A DNA stretch of 64,000 nt, taken from the NCBI GenBank assembly GCA_003820375.1, contig RPQH01000010.1:1814-65813 (forward strand), read 5' to 3'. The notes under the pieces were generated by a model, which was not told the origin of the DNA, did no database searches, and saw nothing but the letters and a program-made list of their open reading frames with translations. The number at the start of each line of letters is the position of its first letter. Within the stretch, counting starts at the first letter, position 1. Made by a program: the position numbers and the translations under genes. This document shows positions 30,013-39,300 of the stretch, in pieces. Source of the DNA: Ignavibacteriota bacterium (GTDB taxonomy: Bacteria; Bacteroidota; Ignavibacteria; Tepidaquicellales; OLB5).

Positions 30013-30540
30013 TTATTTACCTAAGATTGCAATTACGAGTACTACTATTACAAGTACTAATATTATTGTAATCAGGGTACCGGTATCAAGGTCTAGTGCA
30101 TTTTCAGAATAAAGCACGCGGTACTCATTCTTCTTTGTATCCTTATCATATCCTTTTTCTTTTACAGCAAACATATCAAGGTCACCGTCTCCGTCTTTGT
30201 CAGCAAAAAACACAGGCATTGGTAAACCGTTTAAAATTGCCGGTACATTATATTTATCATAATGTTTGTTTTCCAGAACAAACACAGGCTGTTCAAGTGT
30301 ACCCGTATTCTTATAATATTCAACATTCCCTTTATTGAAATATAGAATATCAAAATCACCGTCTTTGTCTACATCAACAAATGCAGGATCTTTAATATTT
30401 AAGTTGTTATGTACATAAGAATCAGACAGTTTCTCTATAGCTGCCTTTGTGAACAAAGGTTTGTTGTTATCGGCTAAAGCAGCGGAATTGAAAAAAATTA
30501 TGGCAATAATTAACAGGAAAAGATTTAATTTCGTATTCAT
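30013..30540 (-). CDS. Small exported FG-GAP/VCBS-like protein with C-terminal hydrophobic tail
   Basis: Signal peptide; DVDKDGDFD and DKDGDGDLD; C-terminus LITIILVLVIVVLVIAILGK. Confidence 0.75.
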   Translation of the reverse strand: MNTKLNLFLLIIAIIFFNSAALADNNKPLFTKAAIEKLSDSYVHNNLNIKDPAFVDVDKDGDFDILYFNKGNVEYYKNTGTLEQPVFVLENKHYDKYNVPAILNGLPMPVFFADKDGDGDLDMFAVKEKGYDKDTKKNEYRVLYSENALDLDTGTLITIILVLVIVVLVIAILGK

Positions 30541-30654
30541 GGTTTCCTCGTTTTTATTTTTATAAAAATATTCATTAATTCAAGTATTTTCAATAGCTTG
30601 TCCATCATAAAATAGAAAACCTTGAATAAATTAAAATAGTGCCCCTTTTTTTTC

Positions 30655-30746
30655 AATGACGAATGACGAATGAAGAATGAAGAATGGTGAATTGAAAAGC
30701 AGATTGAAGATTGCAGATTACAGATTACAGATTGGAGATTGCAGAG
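30655..30746 (+). repeat. Heptamer arrays (GAATGA[C/A])n and (AGATT[G/A]C)n
   Basis: aatgacgaatgacgaatgaagaatgaagaatg ... agattgcagattacagattacagattggagattgcag. Confidence 0.85.
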
Positions 30747-30748
30747 GA

Positions 30749-30920
30749 GATTCAGTTCCCCCTTTCGAAGGGGGCTAGGGGGATGATTACTTTCGTATAA
30801 GAATATTTATTATTTCTTGCATATTGTTTCATCATTAAACAGAAATTTTCCAGCAATTATATTTTTCCGGTTAATGTTAAACTCATCCCCCTAGCCCCCT
30901 TCGAAAGGGGGAACTGAATC
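30749..30920. repeat. 38-bp perfect inverted repeat, each arm containing a CCCCCTT(T)CGAA(A)GGGGG palindrome
   Basis: 30749-30786 is the exact reverse complement of 30883-30920. Confidence 0.95.
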
Positions 30921-31077
30921 CTGAATATTTTGATACAGGTTCGTATCATTTATGGGATAACCCGGGGAGTACCCACTTCGCTTTCCTATATTAGGAAATT
31001 TACCCAATAATTAAAATCATTGACTTATTAAATTTTGCTGAAAATGTTTGAGCTCGCAATTTCTTTCTCTGCAGATG

Positions 31078-31434
31078 CTACCAATCAAAAAATTTGAACT
31101 TCTTCTTTTTCTTTTCCACAAAAACGTCGCCGTCTTCTATTTTGGTTTTAAATGTATCAAGTTTTGAACTGACAATATTAAAATCAGGAGGGACTTTCCC
31201 TGTTTCCAGATGAAACTGGTAGCCATGAATAGGGCAGGACACGTAAAGGTTTTTATCTACCATACCTTCATGCATAACATGTGAATGGTTGTGAGGGCAG
31301 GTGTTTTCTACTGCATAAACTTTGTCGTTGATACGGAAGACAGCAATATCGGTCTCTCCGTCCAATGAAAAACTTTTTCCTCTTTTGTTTTCAAGCTCTG
31401 AAAGCTTACATACTTTAATAAATTCTTCAGGCAT
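31078..31434 (-). CDS. Rieske [2Fe-2S] ferredoxin
   Basis: CPH ... CPIHG. Confidence 0.9.
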   Translation of the reverse strand: MPEEFIKVCKLSELENKRGKSFSLDGETDIAVFRINDKVYAVENTCPHNHSHVMHEGMVDKNLYVSCPIHGYQFHLETGKVPPDFNIVSSKLDTFKTKIEDGDVFVEKKKKKFKFFDW

Positions 31435-32299
31435 TTATGCTGCTTTCTATACTTTTTAATTGTTTCTTTTCTTTGATGTAAAAACCTTTTTCATTCCGGC
31501 CAATTGTGCATGCTTCTGTAAACGGGTCGTGTTCAAAAAATATAAGCCATTCATCAGCAGATGCAAGAGGCAAATATTTCTTTTTCTCTTCAAGTGTTGT
31601 TAAAGGATAAAGATCATAGCTCATTATATATGGTATATGCACATGAGATGCCATAGGCATCAGATCTGCTGCAAATAAAACTGTATTTGAGTCATCACAT
31701 ATTTTCACCATTTGCTGGAATGGTGTATGGCCGTTAATTATGTGAAGTTCTACAAAATCGTCAAAATTTTTATTACCTTCAATTAACTTTAAATTGCCCT
31801 TCTTTTCAAGCAGTAAAAAGTTTTCGGGAATAAAGCTTGCCTTATCACGCTCGGTCGGATTGTTAGCCCATTCCCAGTGCCGCTTTTGTAAATGATGTAC
31901 AGCATTGGGAAAAGTTACCTGCAGATTGCCTTCTTCATCATAATAGGTCGAACCACCGGCATGATCAAAATGCAGATGAGTTAAAATTACATCGGTTATA
32001 TCTTCTTTCAGGATGCCAAGCTTGAACAGCTCTTTCTCAAGAATATATTCCGAATGGTCTATGCCGTATATTTCATTGAACTTCTCAGATGTCTTATGAC
32101 CGATTCCATTATCAATTAAAATTCTTTTATTATCCGAAACAAGCAGCAATGCTCTCATGCACATATCTATCCTGTTCTTTTCATCGGCTGGATTTGTTTT
32201 TGACCATAAAGGTTTAGGAACAACACCAAACATTGCACCGCCATCAAGACGGAACAACCCTGTTTGTATTGAATGTAATTTATATTCTCCTATTTGCAT
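31427..32299 (-). CDS. MBL-fold metallo-hydrolase (YtnP-like)
   Basis: LDGGAMFGVVPK, THLHFDHAGG, GHT, FEHD. Confidence 0.9.
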   Translation of the reverse strand: MQIGEYKLHSIQTGLFRLDGGAMFGVVPKPLWSKTNPADEKNRIDMCMRALLLVSDNKRILIDNGIGHKTSEKFNEIYGIDHSEYILEKELFKLGILKEDITDVILTHLHFDHAGGSTYYDEEGNLQVTFPNAVHHLQKRHWEWANNPTERDKASFIPENFLLLEKKGNLKLIEGNKNFDDFVELHIINGHTPFQQMVKICDDSNTVLFAADLMPMASHVHIPYIMSYDLYPLTTLEEKKKYLPLASADEWLIFFEHDPFTEACTIGRNEKGFYIKEKKQLKSIESSINA

Positions 32300-32337
32300 T
32301 GTAAAACTTTATATTTTATAAAATCGGATTATAACTG

Positions 32338-32476
32338 AATCAAATCTCAAATCTCAAGTCACACATCTCAAATCAAAATAACCTTCCAACTTTTCAACCT
32401 TTTGAGCTTTTAGCAAAATCCCCCTTTAGCGGAATCGATTTTTCAATCTGCAACATGAAACCTGCAACCTTCAACC
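32338..32476 (+). repeat. Degenerate 7/8-mer arrays
   Basis: caaatctcaaatctcaagtc; ccttccaacttttcaacc; acctgcaaccttcaacc. Confidence 0.6.
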
Positions 32477-32477
32477 A

Positions 32478-34445
32478 TCATCCCTTATGCTTCTCTTCTA
32501 TTTCCATCAAGCTGTTTGTATAATTCATCCAATCGTGATATAATTCGGTTAATCTTTGTTTAATCTCTCCAAACTCTTTATTTACAGTCTTCACATTTTC
32601 CGGATTCCTGTAGAATTCTTCGGATGACATTTCAAGCTCTATTGCTTTTAACCGTTCTTCCTTTAACTTAATTTCATGTTCAATCTTTGAAATCTTTTGC
32701 TTTAACGGTTTAGTTTCATTATATATTTTATTTCTTATTTCCGCTTCATTACGCTTCTGCTCTTTAGTTTTCTTAGCTTTGCTTTCGGGTTCATCATCAG
32801 CTTTTTTAATTGCCTGCTGACCATTCAATGTCTCCTGTTCTTCGGCTTTTCTTTCCAGGTAAGCAGTACAATTACCGAAGTAGGTTTTTATGTTCCTGTC
32901 TTTTACTTCAATAATTTTATGAACTATGCCATCAAGAAATTCCCTGTCATGTGATATAATCAATATTGTACCCTGGTATTCATTCAATGCATTCATTAAT
33001 ACTTTCTTTGAATTCATATCAAGGTGATTTGTCGGCTCATCAAGTATCAGGAAGTTAGATGATTTCAGCAGCATTCTTGCGAGTGCTAAACGTGATTTCT
33101 CGCCTCCTGATAAGACCGAAACCTGTTTAAACACATCATCACCTTTGAACAGAAAGCTTCCAAGTATATTTCTTAATAACTTCCTTACATCACCGGTTGC
33201 AACTTCCTCCAGTGTGTCAAGTACCGTATGGTTTGGTTCAAGTGTATCTGCCTGGTGCTGTGAATAAAACTCAAGCTCTACCTGGTAACCGAGTATTCTT
33301 TCACCTTCCCGGAAATCTTCCGTGCCTCTTATTATTCTTGCAAGAGTGGATTTACCTGCACCATTAACTCCAACAAATCCTATTTTTTCACCGCGTTCTA
33401 TTTCAAGATCAACATTTTTAAGGACAAGATTATCGTCATACCATTTTGTAATGTTCTTAAGCTCAATAACTTTTCTTCCCGAATGAGTTGCAGGTGGAAA
33501 TTTAAAATGAATTGCTGATTCTTCGTCTTCCATTTCCACAAGCTCCAGCTTCTCGAGCATCTTTATCCGGCTTTGCACCTGTGAGGCTTTCTTTGCTTTG
33601 TATCTGAATCTTTCGATAAATCTTTCCTGCTGTGTTAAATATTTTTGCTGATTTAAATAACGCTTCTCAATCAACCCCCTGCGTTCTTCCTTTTCTTTTT
33701 CATAGAAGGAATAATTGCCGTTATACAAAGTAACTTTTCCTGTATATATCTCAATGGTCTTATTTGTAATGTTATCCAAAAACTTCCTGTCATGCGAAAC
33801 CAGTACTACAGAGCCTTCGTATGCCTTCAGGAAATTTTCAAGCCATAATAATGATTCTATATCCAAGTGATTTGTCGGCTCGTCAAGCAGTAAGACAGAT
33901 GGATTTTTCAATAACAGCTTGGCCAGGGCAATTCTCATCTGCCAGCCGCCGGAAAATTCCTCTGTTAGTCTGTCCATGTCTTCAACCTTAAAGCCCAGTC
34001 CCATCAATATTTTTTCAATGGATGATTTTATTTTAAATCCGTCAAGGTCTTCAAACTTATGCTGGAGCTCTCCGAGTGTTTCAACCAAATCATGATATTC
34101 TTCCGAATCTTTATCTTCACGTTCAGCAAGTTCTTTATGCACATCATCTATTTCATCCTTGACCGAAGCAACATCTGACACACCAGAATAAACCTCTTCA
34201 TACAATGTTTTGCCTGAATATGCAATACCATCCTGCGGCAGGTAATCGATTGTCGTATGTTTAGAACCTGCTATTATGCCGCTGTCGGGTTCTAACAAAT
34301 GGTTTATTACTTTTAACAAAGTAGATTTACCCGTGCCGTTTGAGCCAACAAGCCCGATCCTATCTCTTGGATTCACTATAAATGATACATCGTCGAATAA
34401 TTTCTTCGAACCGAATTGTACTGATATGTTTGATACTGATAACAA
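32478..34445 (-). CDS. ABC-F family ATPase (YheS/YdiF-like)
   Basis: GSNGTGKST, FSGGWQMR, LDEPTNHLD twice; TTG start. Confidence 0.92.
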   Translation of the reverse strand: MLSVSNISVQFGSKKLFDDVSFIVNPRDRIGLVGSNGTGKSTLLKVINHLLEPDSGIIAGSKHTTIDYLPQDGIAYSGKTLYEEVYSGVSDVASVKDEIDDVHKELAEREDKDSEEYHDLVETLGELQHKFEDLDGFKIKSSIEKILMGLGFKVEDMDRLTEEFSGGWQMRIALAKLLLKNPSVLLLDEPTNHLDIESLLWLENFLKAYEGSVVLVSHDRKFLDNITNKTIEIYTGKVTLYNGNYSFYEKEKEERRGLIEKRYLNQQKYLTQQERFIERFRYKAKKASQVQSRIKMLEKLELVEMEDEESAIHFKFPPATHSGRKVIELKNITKWYDDNLVLKNVDLEIERGEKIGFVGVNGAGKSTLARIIRGTEDFREGERILGYQVELEFYSQHQADTLEPNHTVLDTLEEVATGDVRKLLRNILGSFLFKGDDVFKQVSVLSGGEKSRLALARMLLKSSNFLILDEPTNHLDMNSKKVLMNALNEYQGTILIISHDREFLDGIVHKIIEVKDRNIKTYFGNCTAYLERKAEEQETLNGQQAIKKADDEPESKAKKTKEQKRNEAEIRNKIYNETKPLKQKISKIEHEIKLKEERLKAIELEMSSEEFYRNPENVKTVNKEFGEIKQRLTELYHDWMNYTNSLMEIEEKHKG

Positions 34446-34461
34446 TTTTTTATTCTGTTAT

Positions 34462-34644
34462 AATTCTATAATTATGTCATGCATCCGGGATTTCTTTCAT
34501 TCTTAGGCCAATTTTGTATAATAATATCATCCCTTCGGGATTCTATTCATATGGGATAAATCTTTCTACCATAATATCATCCCTTCGGGATTCTGTTCGT
34601 TTCATTGTCAATCTTTCTACCATTATGTCATCCCTTCGGGATTC
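34462..34644. repeat. Four-copy ~50-nt-period array with ATCCCTTCGGGAT hairpins (REP-like)
   Basis: Unit atctttctaccataatatcatcccttcgggattc with ~15-17 nt variable linkers; first copy degenerate. Confidence 0.88.
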
Positions 34645-34676
34645 ATGCTTTACAAACCTTATAAACTTTATAAACC

Positions 34677-35996
34677 TTATGAACTAAGATAATACTTCAA
34701 AGGATTAGGAACAATCATGCATTCTTCAGCTATACGTATACTGCTTATTTTACTTTCATCACGAAGCTTATATAAATTAGGAACAAGTTTATCTCTTAAC
34801 GCATCAGGTGAAACAGGATTTATAAATATCTTTGTCCCGCCTTCAAATCCGGCAGTAATATTTATTCGTTGTTTTAATAAAACATGCCACGGCATTTTAT
34901 AAATTGAATCAATAGGTGAATAATACCATTCTTCATTGCATGATATTCCGGAACCTGTAGCGGCGTGGATTGCATGTACCATGTCGCTCATACCCCTTAC
35001 TTCCTCATCACTGTGCTGTGTTGGTCTCGAATTAACCGATTTGGAAAATATCTCGATGGTCGGGAATCTGTGCCCGATACCTGCCCATGCAATTGCATAA
35101 TCGTTCTCTGCAATAATAAGATTCTTCATAGCGGCAAAATTTGCGCCATATAAGTTATATATATTGTGGTCTTTCCTTGTCATTTCAATCTGCTCGGTAA
35201 TAGTATTTCCCCATTCATCAAGAGCTACAAGCTGTTTATGAAGATGGTCGAATGATGCACCTGCCGGCTTAAGCCAGTTCTGAAATATACTGATATACCT
35301 TGCATATCTGTTGTTTAAATGAATATCTTCTTTTGCATCAATTGTATATTTAATATACCTGTAATGTTCTTCGGGAGTTAATTCGCCTGATGACAACAGG
35401 TCATTGCTGTTAACAGCTCCTTTTTTGTAATGATGACCGGCAATAATTAACTCATGTCCACCGCCGAAAAACGGGTCGGCAAGAATGAGTTTTTTTTCTT
35501 CATCCATATTTTGAATTTCCGTCTCAGCAATACCCTGCAGATTCAGTTTATATGCAAGTATATTATGAATGTGTTCACGCCCTTTCGGAGTGGAAAAATA
35601 TTTTTCTTTCTGCTCCAGCTGATGTGAGGTCATTTTAAATGAATAGTTCTTTTCCCAGTAATGTAGTGTAACTATTTCAAACAGGTTAGGCACCCTTCGG
35701 AAATCAGCCGTCGTATTAAAATATTCTTCTGCATTTAAATTGTCCAGCTTGGCATATTCACCGTTTTCACAAATCAGCCGGGATTTTTCGGGAGGAGTTT
35801 CAAAATACCTGGTTTCGCAAAAACTGCAGTAATCTTCCGGCACATGAATCTCTATTGGTTCTGCTTTCTCCCTGTTATTATAGATGTTTGGGCGGTTGCC
35901 TCTGCCGGGGACAGTCCACACCTCTGTTCCTGTAAAAGGATTTAGCTGTTTGATTGTGCCATCCGGCATTTTATTATAGAATCTGCTATATCTCAT
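34677..35996 (-). CDS. DUF4921-like GalT/HIT-fold protein
   Basis: NPFTGTEVWTVPGR, CSFC, GASFDHLHKQ. Confidence 0.75.
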   Translation of the reverse strand: MRYSRFYNKMPDGTIKQLNPFTGTEVWTVPGRGNRPNIYNNREKAEPIEIHVPEDYCSFCETRYFETPPEKSRLICENGEYAKLDNLNAEEYFNTTADFRRVPNLFEIVTLHYWEKNYSFKMTSHQLEQKEKYFSTPKGREHIHNILAYKLNLQGIAETEIQNMDEEKKLILADPFFGGGHELIIAGHHYKKGAVNSNDLLSSGELTPEEHYRYIKYTIDAKEDIHLNNRYARYISIFQNWLKPAGASFDHLHKQLVALDEWGNTITEQIEMTRKDHNIYNLYGANFAAMKNLIIAENDYAIAWAGIGHRFPTIEIFSKSVNSRPTQHSDEEVRGMSDMVHAIHAATGSGISCNEEWYYSPIDSIYKMPWHVLLKQRINITAGFEGGTKIFINPVSPDALRDKLVPNLYKLRDESKISSIRIAEECMIVPNPLKYYLSS

Positions 35997-36072
35997 TTAT
36001 TCATATAAGATGTAAAAATACTAATTTACTGTTAAAAGAGGAAATCATAAAGGCAAAATGAATCAGATGAAA

Positions 36073-36265
36073 GTTCGGGAGTTTGAGAGTTCGAGAGTTT
36101 TTGTGTAAAAGAGCCTTATATCATAAAGACTTTGTGTTGTATTTGAATAAAAAGAAGATTTACAAAGAATATAAGGCAAATTGTAGAATCCATAGGAGTA
36201 TTAAAAACATAGTGTAAATATTAACTCTCGAACTCTCAAACTCCCGAACCCCCGAACTCTCAACT
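36073..36265. repeat. Inverted octamer arrays (27-bp perfect arms)
   Basis: gttcgggagtttgagagttcgagagtt (36073-36099) / aactctcgaactctcaaactcccgaac (36223-36249). Confidence 0.9.
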
Positions 36266-36354
36266 TTTTTCTTACTTTTTCGGAACATTTCTTTGTAATT
36301 TGCATATAAACCAGTAAAGAATACCATTTTAATTAAAGCCCTAGGAGATATAAA

Positions 36355-39300
36355 ATGCCTAAAAGAATAAGAACTTACGCAGGATTTGTATTCATGATGC
36401 TGCTTGCACTGCTTACAAATCAGGAAAAAGCTTCCGCACAGCTAAACAATGATGCTTTTGATATAAACTCCAGTTTTAGCATTTATACTAATAATTACTA
36501 TTCATCAACTCAGGATGTAAGTATTACCATAAATGCTTACAGCATTAAGAAAAAAGCTGAATTTAATTTTAAGATTTATAAGATAAAAGATGTGGAAGGG
36601 TTCTTTTCAAGGCAGACCTCCACGTATTCCATTGATGTACTCAGCAAAGACAGCCTGAACCTTCTTTACATGTGTGAGGAGGTTGATGAATTTAATAAGA
36701 CCATGAAGACAGAAGGATATGATGACTATTATTATTCATATGAAACCGTTACATACAAACCAAAGCAAAAGGGTGCGTTCCTTGTAAGAGTTTCATATAA
36801 GAATAAAGTTGCTTATGCAGGTTACTTTGTTACTGACCTTGGAATGATAACAGAAGCCGGCAGCAATGCATTGCTTTCTTACACACTTGACAGAATAAGC
36901 GGTGACCCTCTTTCCGATGTTAATCTTAGCTTCTATTTAGGTAATAAGAAGATTGGTGACGGAAAGACCGTTGGCGGATTATTCTATAAAGGATTGAATG
37001 AAGATGACAGGGACTTTGCTGCTAAGAATAATATTTCTTATCCTCTTGCAATAGCAAAGAATGGCGAGGATGTTGCAGTTTCTGACCCGTATTTATATTT
37101 CGGATATGGAGCAAATAAATATTCGGTTTATATTTATACTAACCAGCCGGTATACCGTCCGCAATCAATAGTAAATTTTAAGGGAACAATAAGAAAATCA
37201 GGTGCAGGAGAGTTTAATAATTTTGCCTCACAGGATGTAACAGTTTCTATTAAAGATTCCAAAAGTGCTGAAGTGTTTAAAAAGGTCTTGAGGACAAACT
37301 CAAACGGCAGTTTTGATGGTGAGTTTAATATAGAAAAAGATGCACCGCTTGGTGTTTATTATATTTACGCAACAATAGAAGAAGGCCAGGCATATACCGG
37401 TAATTTTAAAGTTGAAGAATATAAAAAGCCGGAATATAAAGTTGGAATTACTGTGGAAAAAGACCAATACACTGATGGTGAAAGCATAAAAGGGATAATA
37501 CAGGCAGATTATTATTTCGGCAGTCCTGTGCAGGATGCTAAAGTAGAATACAATGTTTACAAGCAGACTTTTTATAAGCCATGGTGGTATTTTTCTGAGT
37601 ACAGATGGTGGTATGAAGAATATTATGCAAGCCAGGATGATAACCAGAGATATAACAATGCAGATTTTATTTACAGCGGCTCAGGTGAGTTAAATAAAGA
37701 CGGCAGGTTTGATTTTGAGTATGCTATTAAAGAAGATTTTAAGGCAAAGTACAACTACTATTATTACTGGTGGGATTCCGAAAGAAGCTATGAGACAGAT
37801 TTTGTATATATAATACAGGCAAAAGTTACCGACAAATCAAGAAGAGAAATTTCATCGACAAAGACAGTTTATGTAACACGGGCAGGATTTTACCTGACAT
37901 CAAGCACCGATAAATATTTATATAAACCAGGCGAAACTGTTACAGTACAGGTCCGTTCAAATGATTTTGCAGATAAGCCGGTAGCAATAGGTTTTTCCGG
38001 AACGGTTAACAGTATAACATGGGGCAAGTATCCCGATTATAAACAGGAAAAGCATTTTATAACCACATTTTCAGGTAATACTAAAGCAGACGGGTTGGGC
38101 TCTGCAACATTTGAATCAAAGGATGAAGGGTATTATGAAATAGAAGTGTCTGCATTTGATGACAGGGGAAAGAAAGTAACAACAGAAAGTTACTGCTATG
38201 TATCAACCGGTGATATGTGGTGGTGGTATAATCAATCTGGAACAGTTCAGATTATTCCTGAAAAAGAATCATACAAACCGGGAGAGCTCTGCAAAGCTCT
38301 TATTATAACAACTACACCCGGGGCAAATGTGCTTATTACTACACAGAATGATAACATACTGACATATAAAGTAGAAAAGATTGACGGTACTTCCAAGATT
38401 CTCGAGATACCGGTTGAATCAAATTCAGCTCCTAATTTTTATATAAGTGCTTCGTATGTTAAGGAAGGAAATTTCTACAGCGGGAATAAATCTGTTATGG
38501 TAATTCCCGAAGCAAAATTCCTTGAAGTAGCGATAAATACAGATAAGCCGACATATAAGCCAAAAGAAGAAGGAACAGTTCAGATAAAAGTAACGGATAA
38601 GTTCGGCAATCCTGTCAGCAATGCAGAAGTATCAATAGGTATAGTTGATGAAAGTATTTATGCAATAGCACCGGATAATACAAAAGACGTAAGACAGTTC
38701 TTTTATGCACCAAAGCTTAGTTCAGTTAATCCTCAGTACAGCAATTCATATTCATTTTACGGGTACTCAAGGATGATTTCAATATATGAAAGATTTAATG
38801 TAAAGAATTTAGGAGAAAGCGAGCTTGGGACAATCAAGGGAAGAATAACGGATAAGAGCGGTAATGCAGTTCAATATGCAACAATTGTGATTGACGGGGA
38901 TTTTGTTGCAGGTACAACAGGTGAAAACGGTGAGTTTGAATTTAAGCTGCCGGAGGGAAGTTATAATGTAAGCGTATTGCAGGGCAAGAAAACGAAGGAT
39001 AGTGAACAGGAATTATCGGTCAGAAAAGGACAGACTATTACTGTTAACCTGAAAGCTGATGCAGATGGATATATAATGTCAGACCAGGAAGGAGCATTTG
39101 AACAGCCGCAAATGCAGAGAAGTCTTGATTATAGCAGTGTAATGTTAGATGAAATATCAAACCAAAGCGGAAGAACTATTACCGAATCCGAAGAAATAGT
39201 ATTGGATGGTAAAAATCATGTCAAAAAGGAATCAAAGGGTGATGATAAAGATACGCCGGATTTTATTGATGCAGAGTTAAGAAGCGATTTTAAAGATGCA

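Noticed and set aside
34462-34644. CRISPR array
   Set aside because: Linkers only ~15-17 nt, repeats degenerate, no cas genes or leader; reported as a REP-like array
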